64,000 nt of DNA from a bacterium (lineage in GTDB: Bacteria > Patescibacteriota > Saccharimonadia > Saccharimonadales > Saccharimonadaceae): NCBI GenBank assembly GCA_963623485.1, contig CAVFLV010000014.1, forward strand, positions 6,461 to 70,460, read 5' to 3'. The translations under genes were made by a program, and so were the position numbers. Each line of letters begins with the position of its first letter. Within the stretch, counting starts at the first letter, position 1. This document shows, piece after piece, positions 8,848 through 21,454 of this stretch. Under the pieces are notes generated by a model. The model saw nothing but the letters and a program-made list of their open reading frames with translations, was not told the origin of the DNA and made no database searches.

Positions 8848-9507
8848 ATGTATATCGTCATCGAAGGCCAAGACGGCACCGGCAAATCTACGCAGGCAAA
8901 ACTACTCAAAGAGCATTTTGAAACTGCGGGGCGCGAAGTTGTCATGCTCGAAGAACCCGACGGCGACCTGCCCCAGGCCCACGATTTACACGACATGATT
9001 TTAACTCGTGGCTACCAACTCGAGCCTTTGACTAACGTTTTATTATTCACCGCCGCCCGCGTGGAACTTTGGAAAAAGTTGGCCGAGCCGGTCTTAAAAC
9101 GTGGCGGCATTGTGATTTCTGCCCGCAATTATTGGTCGACTCTGGCTTACCAGGCCTACGGCGAGGGCGTTTCGAAGCACAAAATCATTCGTTTGACTAA
9201 AGACCTACTCCCCGAAAAATATTTCACGCCGGATTTTGGTTTTATTTTAGTGGTTTCGGACGAGGAACGCCTAAAACGTCAAACCGGTCGGGGCAAAGCC
9301 ACCGAAACTTTTGAAGCCAAAAACAACGATTTTCAAAATCGCGTCAATGCCGCCTACCCCAAAATCGCGAAAGACTTTCAACTCAAACTTATCGACGCCT
9401 CGCGGAGCATCGATGAAATCTTCGCCGAAATTTATTCCGTAGTATCCGCAAACTGCGAATTATGTAGTTCGGCAAAGAATCCGTCTAGCTTGAGTAGCTC
9501 GTCATAA
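8848..9507 (+). CDS. tmk: thymidylate kinase
   Basis: MYIVIEGQDGTGKST P-loop. GGAGAA SD precedes ATG 8848 (track ORF starts at 8836). Confidence 0.9.
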   Translation: MYIVIEGQDGTGKSTQAKLLKEHFETAGREVVMLEEPDGDLPQAHDLHDMILTRGYQLEPLTNVLLFTAARVELWKKLAEPVLKRGGIVISARNYWSTLAYQAYGEGVSKHKIIRLTKDLLPEKYFTPDFGFILVVSDEERLKRQTGRGKATETFEAKNNDFQNRVNAAYPKIAKDFQLKLIDASRSIDEIFAEIYSVVSANCELCSSAKNPSSLSSSS

Positions 9508-11228
9508 GTTCCCTGCTCGACAATATTCCCGTCGCGCATCACCAAAATCAAATCCGAATTGCGGATAGTCGACAGCCGGTGAGCAATCACAAACGACGTC
9601 CGTCCGGCGGTCAATTTTTCAAACGAATCTTGGATTAATTGTTCGGTTCGAGTGTCCACGTTCGAGGTCGCCTCGTCTAAAATCATCATCGGCGGATTTT
9701 TAATCATCGCCCGTGCAATCGTAATCAACTGTTTTTCGCCTGCCGACACGTTGTCCGAGTCCTCGCTAATCACGGTCTTATAACCTTTCGGCAGCGCCTC
9801 GATAATATGATGCACATTGCTCGCCTTCGCGGCCTTTTTGATTTCGTCTAGGCTCGCGTCCTGCCGACCGTAGCGCAGATTATCTTCAATCGTTCCGCTA
9901 AACAGCCAAGTGTCCTGCAAAACCATACCAAACATCCCGCGCACCTCGCTCCGTTTCATTTCGGTAGTCGGCACACCGTCAATCGTGATATATCCGGCAG
10001 TCGGGTCGTAAAAACGCATCAACAAATTAATCAAAGTAGTTTTTCCGGCGCCAGTCGGCCCAACAATCGCCACTTTCATCCCCAGCTTCACCTCGACCGA
10101 AAAGTCGCGAATCACCGGCGTTTCTGGGTTGTAGCCAAAGTTAACTTCATGAAATTCAACCTGCCCGCGCACTTTTTTGATTTTTTCCGCCAAATTTTTG
10201 TCCGAACTTTCTTCCGGCTCGTTCAAAAAATCAAAAATCCGCTCGCTCGCCGCCAGTAGCGATTGAATGGTCGAAGTCGTAGATGCAATTTCTGTAATCG
10301 GGCGGTGGAATCGCGACACATATTGCAAGAAAGCCTGAATGTTCCCGATATTGATTTTGCCTTCAATCACAAACAGCCCGCCGAGAATACACACCGCAAC
10401 ATAGCCGAGGTTAGTAAAAATCCCCGTCACCGGATACGACAGCGACGAAAAGATTTGTGCCTTCGCCGTCGCGGTGGTTAACTTTTTGTTGGTCTGCTCA
10501 AAATCTTCAATCGACGCTTCCTCGTGCGAGTTGGATTTTATAATCACTTGCCCCGCATAATTTTCCTCAATTTTACCGTTCAAAATCCCAAGCAGCGTGC
10601 GCTGTTCACGGAAATATTTTTGCGCAAACTTCATAATAATCCCCACCACCACAATCGATAGTGGCACCACCACAAACGACACAATCGATAGCGGAACACT
10701 AATCAGTAACATCATCACCATTACGCCAATCAGAGTCGTAAGGCTCAGCGACACGTCCGCAATTTCTTGCGACATGGAAGTCGCCAGCACGTCCACGTCG
10801 TTCGTCATTCGTGACAAAGTGTCGCCGTGTTTGTGCTTATCGAAATACGCAATCGGCAAGCGCGAAATTTTGTCGATAATTTTGAGCCGTAAATCTTGGG
10901 TGTATTTCGCCGTCGTCACCGCAAGAATATAAGCCTGCGCGTAATTCAGCCCCGACGAAATCAGAAACAGCGCCACCGCCAGCCCAGCTTTCTGACCGAT
11001 CGCTCCAAAATCAATTTCCGGATAAGTGTCCACCGCAATATTGGTCATATCGCCCAAAATTTTCGGCACAAACAGTCCAATCACCGCCGAGCCAATCGCG
11101 AGCAAAATCGAAATGACAATCTTCAGCCGATATTTTTTAATCGAACCGAAAAAATTATTCAACGCTTTTTTGCTATCCTTGGCTTTTTCTCCGCCGCCAC
11201 TATGCTCCATGTTTTCCTTCCTCCGCAA
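9432..11228 (-). CDS. ABC exporter, fused permease/ATPase
   Basis: Six-TM N-terminal domain. GPTGAGKTT Walker A, VSAGEKQ signature, MMILDEATS Walker B. Confidence 0.9.
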   Translation of the reverse strand: MRRKENMEHSGGGEKAKDSKKALNNFFGSIKKYRLKIVISILLAIGSAVIGLFVPKILGDMTNIAVDTYPEIDFGAIGQKAGLAVALFLISSGLNYAQAYILAVTTAKYTQDLRLKIIDKISRLPIAYFDKHKHGDTLSRMTNDVDVLATSMSQEIADVSLSLTTLIGVMVMMLLISVPLSIVSFVVVPLSIVVVGIIMKFAQKYFREQRTLLGILNGKIEENYAGQVIIKSNSHEEASIEDFEQTNKKLTTATAKAQIFSSLSYPVTGIFTNLGYVAVCILGGLFVIEGKINIGNIQAFLQYVSRFHRPITEIASTTSTIQSLLAASERIFDFLNEPEESSDKNLAEKIKKVRGQVEFHEVNFGYNPETPVIRDFSVEVKLGMKVAIVGPTGAGKTTLINLLMRFYDPTAGYITIDGVPTTEMKRSEVRGMFGMVLQDTWLFSGTIEDNLRYGRQDASLDEIKKAAKASNVHHIIEALPKGYKTVISEDSDNVSAGEKQLITIARAMIKNPPMMILDEATSNVDTRTEQLIQDSFEKLTAGRTSFVIAHRLSTIRNSDLILVMRDGNIVEQGTYDELLKLDGFFAELHNSQFADTTE

Positions 11229-12966
11229 GTTTTAACTCATTTTTAAATTCTTTTTCGGACATTTGCGACTTTACAATCGCACGATAAATCGGGCAATCGC
11301 GCACCAGTTCCAAATGTTTCCCTCGCCCCACTACTTTACCCTTGTCTAGCACTACAATTTGGTCCGCACTTCGAATCGTGCTAATCCTTTGCGCCACGAT
11401 TAAAATCACCGCGTCCTGCACTACGTCTTTCAAAGCTTCGCGTAGTTTTGCGTCAGTTTTCATGTCTAGCGCCGAGAACGCATCGTCAAACACATAAATA
11501 TCTGGTTTTTTACAAATCGCCCGCGCAATCGAAAGCCGCTGTTTTTGTCCACCCGAAACGTTCGTTCCGCCTTGCGAAATTTTGGTTTGATATCCGTTCG
11601 GGAACTTGGTGATAAACGAATCGGCTTGCGCGATTTTCGCTGCTTTTTGAATTTCTTTTTCGGTAGCGTCCGGCGCGCCGAATTTGATATTCGAAGCAAT
11701 CGTCCCCGCAAACAAAATTCCTTTTTGTGGCACCAGCCCAATCCGCTTCATCAAATCTTCTTTGTTATAATCTTTAATCGGCAATTCGTCAATCAAAATT
11801 TCGCCACTAGTCGCCTCATAAAATCTCGGCACCAAATTCACCAAAGTCGACTTACCCGAACCGGTCGAACCAATAAATGCGATTGTCTCGCCCGCTTCCG
11901 CCCGGAACGAAATATTCGACAACACTTTTTCCGCCGCACCCGGATAACTAAAGTCCACGTTTTTAAATTCCACCACCGCATGTTTGCTTGGCGTGCCTTT
12001 GGTCTTTTTGGACCAATGGATTTTTTCCGGCGTTTTCAAAACTTGGTTAATGCGCTCCGCCGACACGCTTGCTCGTGGCAACATAATAAATAGTATCGAC
12101 ATCATCAAAAACGACATCATCACGTGCGACACGTATTGCGCGAACGCCGACATGTTCCCAAGATACGCAAAATCTTTAGTGAGGAGCGAAATCCCAAACC
12201 ACGTACACAGCAAGGTTGTGCCGTTAAAAATTACGTTCACCAGCGGGTTTTCTAGCTCCATCAACTTGTCCACGAAAATAATCAACCGCGTCATCTCGTC
12301 GTTGGCTCGCGCAAATTTTTTGCGTTCCAACTTCTCATTATTGAACGCACGAATTACCCGTAGCCCCGTCAAATTTTCCCGGGTCAGCAAGGTGATTTTA
12401 TCAATCAACTTTTGGAACAACTTAAACTTCGGCATCACGGCGGACAAAATCACCACCATCGACAATATGATCGCCCCCACCCCCACCGCGATAATCCAAG
12501 TCATATCCGGCGCAGTTTGAAACGCCATCACGAGGCCAATAATACAAAATAGTGGCGCCCTTAACATCATCGATAGTATCATCGTCGCCGCTTGTTGCAC
12601 CTGCGAAATATCGTTCGTCGTGCGCGTAATCAAACTCGCCGTCGAAAAATCTTTCATGTCAATCAAATTAAAACTCAGAACTTTTTGAAACACCGACGAG
12701 CGTAAATCTCGCGAAAAATAGGCTCCGACTTTCGCCGAAAAATAACTCGACAAAAATGCCGCCACCGCCGAAAGCGCCGTTAGCCCCACCATGCGCCCGC
12801 CAGTCTGCCAAATGAAATCGATATTCCCTGGCACGATTCCGTCGTTAATAATTTCCGCCATCAAAAGAGGCAATTGCAAAGTTGTGTAAACTTGCAGTCC
12901 AGTCGCCGCGAGCAAAAGTAAAATTTGCCACCAATACGGCTTTAAAAATTTAGTTAGTTTAAGCAT
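11200..12966 (-). CDS. ABC exporter, fused permease/ATPase (probable heterodimer partner)
   Basis: GSTGSGKST, VSGGQKQR, IYVFDDAFSALD. Overlaps the downstream ABC gene. Confidence 0.9.
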   Translation of the reverse strand: MLKLTKFLKPYWWQILLLLAATGLQVYTTLQLPLLMAEIINDGIVPGNIDFIWQTGGRMVGLTALSAVAAFLSSYFSAKVGAYFSRDLRSSVFQKVLSFNLIDMKDFSTASLITRTTNDISQVQQAATMILSMMLRAPLFCIIGLVMAFQTAPDMTWIIAVGVGAIILSMVVILSAVMPKFKLFQKLIDKITLLTRENLTGLRVIRAFNNEKLERKKFARANDEMTRLIIFVDKLMELENPLVNVIFNGTTLLCTWFGISLLTKDFAYLGNMSAFAQYVSHVMMSFLMMSILFIMLPRASVSAERINQVLKTPEKIHWSKKTKGTPSKHAVVEFKNVDFSYPGAAEKVLSNISFRAEAGETIAFIGSTGSGKSTLVNLVPRFYEATSGEILIDELPIKDYNKEDLMKRIGLVPQKGILFAGTIASNIKFGAPDATEKEIQKAAKIAQADSFITKFPNGYQTKISQGGTNVSGGQKQRLSIARAICKKPDIYVFDDAFSALDMKTDAKLREALKDVVQDAVILIVAQRISTIRSADQIVVLDKGKVVGRGKHLELVRDCPIYRAIVKSQMSEKEFKNELKLAEEGKHGA

Positions 12967-12994
12967 AAAATGTTATATTATTGTAGCACCTTTT

Positions 12995-14074
12995 TTATTT
13001 TTTGACTAGTCTTTTTTCGTGATGCATTTTCAGATAAATTGCCGGCCCCATTATAATATATATATAATACGAGAAGAACCGCCACAACAGCATCGCCCAA
13101 AACACATAACCGCTAGACAACCCCGAAAACACTAGGAAAAATGTTCCCTCCGCAGCGCCGGAATTGCCGGGCGTCGGCACAAAATACACTGCCGCCGTCA
13201 CCGCCACCGTCGTGGCAAGGCACACCATAAAGTCCACTTCCCCGCCAAACGCCGCTAGCACAAAAAACGGAATTACCGCCGTCAGTAAATTAAAAATCAC
13301 CGACAGTAGAATCGTCGCGAGTAGCAGCCCTTTAGTTTTTAAAATCGTTTTCATACATCCGGCATATTCGTTTACGCCTTTTTTCACTTTGGCGATAGTC
13401 GCAGTTTTATTTTTGACGAGATGTAGTCTCGCAAACAATCTTACACCGAGCGAAATTAGTTCCGAAGTGGTTTTTGGCAAAAACGTCGCAATCAGCACCG
13501 CCACCGGCCAAAAAGCATAAAAGAGTAGCCCGAGACACGCCGTCGCGGTCAAAGTCGAATTGTTAATCAAGAATCCGCCGCCAAAAATCGCAATTACGGC
13601 AATGATTAAAAACCCGAGCTGATTCGAAATCATCCCCACAATCGGAATCGTCGTCGCCATGCCGGCCGACAACTTGCCATTTTTGTGCATATAATAAATC
13701 TGAAATGGTTGCCCGCCAATCGCCGCCGGCGTAATATTGTCATAATATTTGCCGAGTAGCACCGTTCGCCTCGCAATTTTCCAGTCTTTCCGATTTTTGC
13801 GCGTCCCGCTGGTGTGGCGCATCATCAGTACATATTTATAAATCTCCGCCACAATACCAACCAAAAAACACAACGCCGCTGGAATGAGCAGCCAAAAATT
13901 AATTTTCACTTTCCCTAGTTCTGTCGCCGAATTCGAACCACCAAATTCCGACGCCGCCGTCGCTGCAATCACCGCAATATTAATCAAAACAAACAGAAAT
14001 ACAAGTAGTGGCTTGCGCTTAGATTTTTTGGGCGCAAAACTGTCAGGCGTAATTTCGGGAGTCGGCTTACTCAT
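12995..14074 (-). CDS. polytopic membrane protein, lysylphosphatidylglycerol-synthase-TM / flippase-like family
   Basis: About 8 TM helices. PTPGNSGAAEG motif typical of the UPF0104/LPG_synthase_TM family. Confidence 0.5.
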   Translation of the reverse strand: MSKPTPEITPDSFAPKKSKRKPLLVFLFVLINIAVIAATAASEFGGSNSATELGKVKINFWLLIPAALCFLVGIVAEIYKYVLMMRHTSGTRKNRKDWKIARRTVLLGKYYDNITPAAIGGQPFQIYYMHKNGKLSAGMATTIPIVGMISNQLGFLIIAVIAIFGGGFLINNSTLTATACLGLLFYAFWPVAVLIATFLPKTTSELISLGVRLFARLHLVKNKTATIAKVKKGVNEYAGCMKTILKTKGLLLATILLSVIFNLLTAVIPFFVLAAFGGEVDFMVCLATTVAVTAAVYFVPTPGNSGAAEGTFFLVFSGLSSGYVFWAMLLWRFFSYYIYIIMGPAIYLKMHHEKRLVKK

Positions 14075-14086
14075 TTTGCCCTGCGC

Positions 14087-15193
14087 TTACTCCTGCGCCG
14101 CCCTTAAATTCGGGTATTCATCTAGTAACACCCTGATACAGCCCGCAATCGGAATCGCAATAATCGCCCCCGCAAGCCCCAGCATATAAGTTCCAATCAC
14201 GATCGCCACCAAAATCACCACAGCCTTTAAATTCAGCGCATCGCCTTGGATTTTTGGCGAAATCAAATTATTTTCAATTTGCGCATAGATAATATAAATC
14301 ACCGCAAACGCCGCCGCCGCTACCGGATTAGAGAAAAACAGCAAAATCGTCACCGACGTCCCTCCGATAAACTGCCCAAACATCGGAATCATATAGAAGA
14401 TCATCGTAATCATCCCCATCGGCAAGGCTAGACTCGGCGAAAAGTTAAGCACTAGTGCTAGTACAAACACGATAATCGTCGTCGCCAGCCCGTCTAGCAT
14501 CGCGACTAACATCTGCCGAGACACGTAGGTCGAAATCACACCCGCCATTCGGCTCAGCGTCCGGCGCACGACCTTAATCGTTTTATGATTTCCGCGCTTG
14601 TCATCCAGTCGCTCCCACATATTATTGATCATCTCCGGTCCTTCCAGTAAGAACAACAGCGTCAAAACTAACACCATCACAATTTTCATCGTTACGTCTG
14701 CAATATTGCTTACGCTCGTCACCAAATTATTTCCTAATACGCCGAGCAGACTATCCGAAACATTACTGACGGCTTTAGAAACTTCGCCTTGTAAATCCGC
14801 AATCCCTAGCGTCTGCCCAAAATTATTAACCCCGCTCCATCCCCCGAATGTCGTTTCGAAAGTCTCCGGGAAATTTTGCACAAATCGCGCCGTCTCGTTC
14901 ACGATCACCGGCCCGACGACAATTAAAATCGCCCCAATCACCGCCACAACAATCAAATACGCAAAAATCGCCGACACATTGCGGTGTTTTTTGTCTTCGC
15001 CAAACATTTTAGCAAACAGTCCGTCAACTTTTCGCACCAAAGGCCGAAGTGCCAAGGCCAAGAAAATCGACGCCCCAACAATAATCAACCCCGTCAGCGC
15101 TTTAAACAACAAAAATCCGACCACTACCACCCCAATCGGCACCAACCAAAACTTAATAAATGTCATTAAATCCGTCTCGATCCGCTTTGACAT
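14087..15193 (-). CDS. AI-2E family (PerM-like) transporter
   Basis: Polytopic membrane protein with a ..MIPMFGQFIGG.. region. Start set at ATG 15193, preceded by AAGGAGG. The track start 15223 would include the TGGTATAAT -10. Confidence 0.6.
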   Translation of the reverse strand: MSKRIETDLMTFIKFWLVPIGVVVVGFLLFKALTGLIIVGASIFLALALRPLVRKVDGLFAKMFGEDKKHRNVSAIFAYLIVVAVIGAILIVVGPVIVNETARFVQNFPETFETTFGGWSGVNNFGQTLGIADLQGEVSKAVSNVSDSLLGVLGNNLVTSVSNIADVTMKIVMVLVLTLLFLLEGPEMINNMWERLDDKRGNHKTIKVVRRTLSRMAGVISTYVSRQMLVAMLDGLATTIIVFVLALVLNFSPSLALPMGMITMIFYMIPMFGQFIGGTSVTILLFFSNPVAAAAFAVIYIIYAQIENNLISPKIQGDALNLKAVVILVAIVIGTYMLGLAGAIIAIPIAGCIRVLLDEYPNLRAAQE

Positions 15194-15222
15194 AAACCTC
15201 CTTATGGTTTGATTATACCACA

Positions 15223-17305
<2,083 letters not shown>

Positions 17306-17312
<7 letters not shown>

Positions 17313-17863
17313 CTTCCCGAATCCCTTTCAATTTGTTTTTGGTAGCGTTCTTCTTCCGAAAAAATACATCCACAATACTTTTGCATATATAGTCCCGCCT
17401 CGCGCGCTTTTTGTTGTCCTTCGCGAAACCCCACTCGAAAATCCCGATATAAAAACTCCACACCATATTCCTCCGCCAACATTTCCGCCACTCGTTTTAA
17501 TTCCTCGTGTTTTTGATACGGCGAAACCAGCAAAGTCGTTGTAAAAGCATCAAATCCATGCTCGGCGGCATATCGCGCAGTTTTCGCCAGCCGTTTTGGA
17601 TAGCAATAATTCACACACCGATTTTTAATATCACCCACCACGTTTTTACAAAACTCATCCAACCCATATTCTTCCACAAAAATCGCCTCCGCGTCCACCG
17701 TTTTAGCATACTCTTTCAAACAATCTCGCCGAGTTTTATACTCAATATACGGATGAATATTCGGATTATACCAAAAAATCGTCGGCTCGATATTTTCCGC
17801 GCGCAAACTTTCAATACAATAAACACTACACGGCGCACAACAAGTATGCATCAACAACTTCAT
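17306..17863 (-). CDS. queH: epoxyqueuosine reductase QueH (DUF208)
   Basis: LLMHTCCAPCS N-terminal Cys motif and C-terminal CGC. 185 aa. Confidence 0.8.
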
Positions 17864-17891
17864 TACTATATTATATCATAAAGTTGACAAA

Positions 17892-19304
17892 CTAAGCCAA
17901 ATATTCCCAAACCGAACCGTTCGGCGTGTCCTTGACGCCAATTCCCCGCTCGGTAAGTAATCCGCGCAGCCGGTCGGCTTCCGCCCAATCTTTGCGCGCG
18001 CGAGCAGTTTCTCGTTCAAAAATGATACGTCGAGCGCCGTCGTCGATATCAGGTGTGTCCGCGATTAAGTTTAACCCAAAAAGTTCATCGACTTTTTGCC
18101 AATCCGAAAATGTTAGCTTGGACTCGTCAATTACCGCAAACGCTTCCGGCGAATTTAAATTATTATTCACCGTCTCGAGGATTTTTGCAAACGCACTACT
18201 AGTCGCCACAACATCTTCTTTTCCGCAAGTCATCTCGTCAGCCTTGCAAACTCTAGTTCTTTCGCTCTGAAAATCATCACCCCGTTGATAACACTCCGCA
18301 ATCCGATTCCGCCAATGTAGCCTCCGCGCTTTTGCTGCCGCGAGCGATTCGAACGTGAAATTCCGTTCGCCGCGAAAATGTCCCGACAAAACCCACATCT
18401 TGAAATCGAGTGGCGAAAATCCGCGCTCGCCTAAATCGTCCAAAGTGTAAATATTCCCGAGCGATTTCGAAACTTTTTCCCCGTCAATGGTAATAAAATT
18501 ACAATGCAACCAATACCGCGACAATTCCCGCCCAGTCATGGCAAAAGTTTGTGCGATTTCATTAGTGTGATGCACTGGGATATGGTCAATACCGCCCGTA
18601 TGAATATCGATCGGCTCGCCGAGCTCTTCGTGAATAATGGTCGAACACTCGAGGTGCCACCCTGGATACCCCGGCCGCCCGTGATAATCCCACCGCATAG
18701 CATGTTTTTCGCCCGGCTGAATAAGCTTCCACACCGCAAAATCCGAGGCATTTCGCTTTTCGTTCGAAAATCCGACTCGCGCCCCCGCTTGTAGCCCCGC
18801 TAAATCCAATTTTGCAAATTTCGCATAATCTTTAAACTTTGCCGTATCAAAATAAACTCCGTCCGTCGTTTCGTAGGTAAAACCGTTCGCCGTCATCGCG
18901 TCTACCGCCCGCATATCCTCCTCAACATAATCTGTCGCGTGCGCCAAAACATCCGGCTCGGTCAGGCGCAGATTTCGAAAATTCCGCAAAAAATCATCAC
19001 CATAAAATTTCGCAATATCGTAAACACTTTTCCCCTCGCGTTCCGCACCTTTTTCTAGCTTATCTTCCCCTTCGTCACCGTCTGAAGTTAAATGCCCCAC
19101 ATCAGTAAAATTCAACACTCGGCGGACTTTCAAACCGTCCGTTTTCAAAGTCCGAATTAATAAATCCCAATAAATATACGCCGCAAAATTCCCGATATGC
19201 GGAAAACTATAAACCGTCGGCCCACAAGTATAAATCTTCACCACGTCCCCGAGTGGCGTAAACGGCTCGATTTTGCGACTAGCGGTATTATAAAGTTTAA
19301 GCAT
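17892..19304 (-). CDS. cysS: cysteine--tRNA ligase
   Basis: MLKLYNT.. start, PHIGN (HIGH) and KVSKS (KMSKS) motifs. ATG 19304 overlaps the end of the upstream gene by 8 nt. Confidence 0.93.
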   Translation of the reverse strand: MLKLYNTASRKIEPFTPLGDVVKIYTCGPTVYSFPHIGNFAAYIYWDLLIRTLKTDGLKVRRVLNFTDVGHLTSDGDEGEDKLEKGAEREGKSVYDIAKFYGDDFLRNFRNLRLTEPDVLAHATDYVEEDMRAVDAMTANGFTYETTDGVYFDTAKFKDYAKFAKLDLAGLQAGARVGFSNEKRNASDFAVWKLIQPGEKHAMRWDYHGRPGYPGWHLECSTIIHEELGEPIDIHTGGIDHIPVHHTNEIAQTFAMTGRELSRYWLHCNFITIDGEKVSKSLGNIYTLDDLGERGFSPLDFKMWVLSGHFRGERNFTFESLAAAKARRLHWRNRIAECYQRGDDFQSERTRVCKADEMTCGKEDVVATSSAFAKILETVNNNLNSPEAFAVIDESKLTFSDWQKVDELFGLNLIADTPDIDDGARRIIFERETARARKDWAEADRLRGLLTERGIGVKDTPNGSVWEYLA

Positions 19305-20013
19305 GCAAAATTTTCTCCAAGGTTTTTTCAATTTCAACATATTTGTCGCGGGTTACGCCGTGTCGACCATGAGTTTTAATGGCGTTAATCAGCGGATTTT
19401 TGGTCAAAAGTTCCGGAATATTGTACGAAGCAATAATTTGGTCCTCGTTGCCATAAATCAAAGTGGTCGGTATTTTAGTTCCAACCAGCGTATTATAATT
19501 ATCTTTATCTAGCACAATTTTTGCCATCGAATTTTGGAACGCTTTTTCAGTCAGAATTGCAGGATTGGTCGCGCTCAAAATTTTCTCAAAAGTCTTGACC
19601 CCGATTTCAAAAGCCGGATTTTTAAAATCCTCCGCAGTGTAAATCGGCGGCGAAACCAAAATCAAATTCGCCACTTCCGGATAATATTTTTTCGCATATC
19701 GCGTCACGATTAAAGTCCCCATCGAATGTCCAACCATTACCACCGGCGTGGTTAAATTTAGATCAGCTAAAGCCTCATGCAGGGCGGTAAGTTGGTCGTT
19801 ATAATCATAGTTTAGCTCGTCGCTGGTATAAGATTTTCCCGAGCCGAGTAAATCAAAAGTAATAAATCTTACATCTTTCATTTTTTCGGACTCGCCGAGG
19901 TATTTCAAGGCATGGTCAAACGACGACGACTCCGCCGCGATGCCGTGAATCAATATCGCCGTCAGTTTTGGCGTTTTACTTTTGCAAAAATCATTAGTTT
20001 TCGTGAGTTTCAT
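19297..20013 (-). CDS. alpha/beta-fold hydrolase
   Basis: GHSMG nucleophile elbow. HG oxyanion region ILIHG. Confidence 0.7.
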   Translation of the reverse strand: MKLTKTNDFCKSKTPKLTAILIHGIAAESSSFDHALKYLGESEKMKDVRFITFDLLGSGKSYTSDELNYDYNDQLTALHEALADLNLTTPVVMVGHSMGTLIVTRYAKKYYPEVANLILVSPPIYTAEDFKNPAFEIGVKTFEKILSATNPAILTEKAFQNSMAKIVLDKDNYNTLVGTKIPTTLIYGNEDQIIASYNIPELLTKNPLINAIKTHGRHGVTRDKYVEIEKTLEKILHA

Positions 20014-20983
20014 CTAAAATCTCCGGTAAAATTTTAATTAAATCATTGACCACTTCTTCGTAGTTCGTGTCGTAGGTCCGAAAACCCGCCGCCATCGGAT
20101 GCCCACCGCCGCCAAAATACCCGGCTACTTTATCTGCTACCGGCGCGTCGGTACTACAACGAATTTTGCCCGTCACCTTGCCGTCCGGATAAGTTTTAAT
20201 CGCCACCGCGACCCGCACACCCTCAACCAATCTCAATTCTTCCAAAATCAACACGTTCGGATTGTATTCATCAGAATATTCACGAATATCCGCCCACGGA
20301 ATATGTACGGTCGCGAGTGCGCCATCAAGAGCATATTCCACGCGGTGAATTAAGTCGGCTTTGTAGTCCAAAATCCGAGGCGACTTTTTCATGAATTCGC
20401 GTCGTTTTTCTTCCAAATCCGCCATTATCGCTCCGAGCCGAGCTAGTTCCGCCGCAGTTTCAAAAGTTTCAGCCGTCACGCTAGCGCTAGTCAGCCCCAA
20501 AGTGTCCGACAGTAGTCCTTGCATCATCGCTTCCGCTGCCGGTTTGGGGATTTCTATTTTGTTCGCCTTGGCAGCCTTAAAAATCACTTCTGTACAGGAC
20601 GGCCGGGTTTCGATAATCGCCTCGTGCGGAAAGTCCAAATTGTCCGGCGTCTCGTGATGGTCGATCACTAGTACCGGCGCTGTGTACAACCGATTTTTAA
20701 TCGCCGCGTCGTCCAATAATTTCGACAGCAGCACAGTCGCCGCCGTATCTACAATAATATAGCCATCCGCCCTAAAATCAAATTCGTTCGAAACCCTAGC
20801 CCAATCGTCAAAATAATGCAGATATTTAGGAATATCCACTGGGCAATATAACGCAACCTCTTTGTCGGCGAGTAAATAGTCTAACGCCACGGCGCTGCCG
20901 AGCGAATCGCCGTCCGGATTCTCCGCCTGAATAATCGTGATTTTTTGCTTCCCAGCTAAAAATTGGCTTAAAATTTCGTACAT
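19994..20983 (-). CDS. nrnA: DHH-family phosphoesterase (NrnA-like oligoribonuclease/pAp phosphatase)
   Basis: DGDSLGS, DHH and GGGH motifs. Confidence 0.8.
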   Translation of the reverse strand: MYEILSQFLAGKQKITIIQAENPDGDSLGSAVALDYLLADKEVALYCPVDIPKYLHYFDDWARVSNEFDFRADGYIIVDTAATVLLSKLLDDAAIKNRLYTAPVLVIDHHETPDNLDFPHEAIIETRPSCTEVIFKAAKANKIEIPKPAAEAMMQGLLSDTLGLTSASVTAETFETAAELARLGAIMADLEEKRREFMKKSPRILDYKADLIHRVEYALDGALATVHIPWADIREYSDEYNPNVLILEELRLVEGVRVAVAIKTYPDGKVTGKIRCSTDAPVADKVAGYFGGGGHPMAAGFRTYDTNYEEVVNDLIKILPEILDETHEN

Positions 20984-21022
20984 ATATTATATTATACCAC
21001 AGGCATATGTTATAATAAATGC

Positions 21023-21454
21023 ATGAACTTTTTTCGAGCAGATAAGAAATTTGAGCGTTTTGAAGACGTAAAACCAGAATTTTTACAACAAAATCACGTT
21101 AAGTTGTTGTTATGCGACCTCGACAACACGCTTCGGCTTCATTCTGAAAAAGAGCCGACCGACGAATTGGTCGAGTGGATTAAGGCTTGTAAACAAGCTG
21201 GCATTAAAATCGTCATTATTTCCAATAATGGTCGCAAAAAAATGATGCAAAAGTTTTGCGAACCAATCAAAATCGATTGCGTTTGGTGGGCTAAAAAGCC
21301 ACTCAGCACTAAACTCACCGAGGCGATGAAAAACTACAATGTCGCCCCTAAATACACCGTGATGCTTGGCGACAGGTGGTCTACGGACGTGCTTGCGGCG
21401 CGGTTCGCCGGTGTACGAGCTTGGCAAGTCCGGCCCAGAAAGCGAGTTGCATGA
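21023..21454 (+). CDS. YqeG-family HAD-IIIA phosphatase
   Basis: CDLDNTL motif I and SNN motif. TATAAT lies 6 nt upstream of the ATG, so the gene is probably leaderless. Confidence 0.7.
   Translation: MNFFRADKKFERFEDVKPEFLQQNHVKLLLCDLDNTLRLHSEKEPTDELVEWIKACKQAGIKIVIISNNGRKKMMQKFCEPIKIDCVWWAKKPLSTKLTEAMKNYNVAPKYTVMLGDRWSTDVLAARFAGVRAWQVRPRKRVA

Noticed and set aside
21452-21454. UGA recoding (genetic code 25, as in some CPR lineages)
   Set aside because: Conserved genes are full length under code 11. TGA works as a stop, for example in the yqeG-like gene, which ends in the ATGA overlap with pgsA. No conserved protein shows in-frame TGA.
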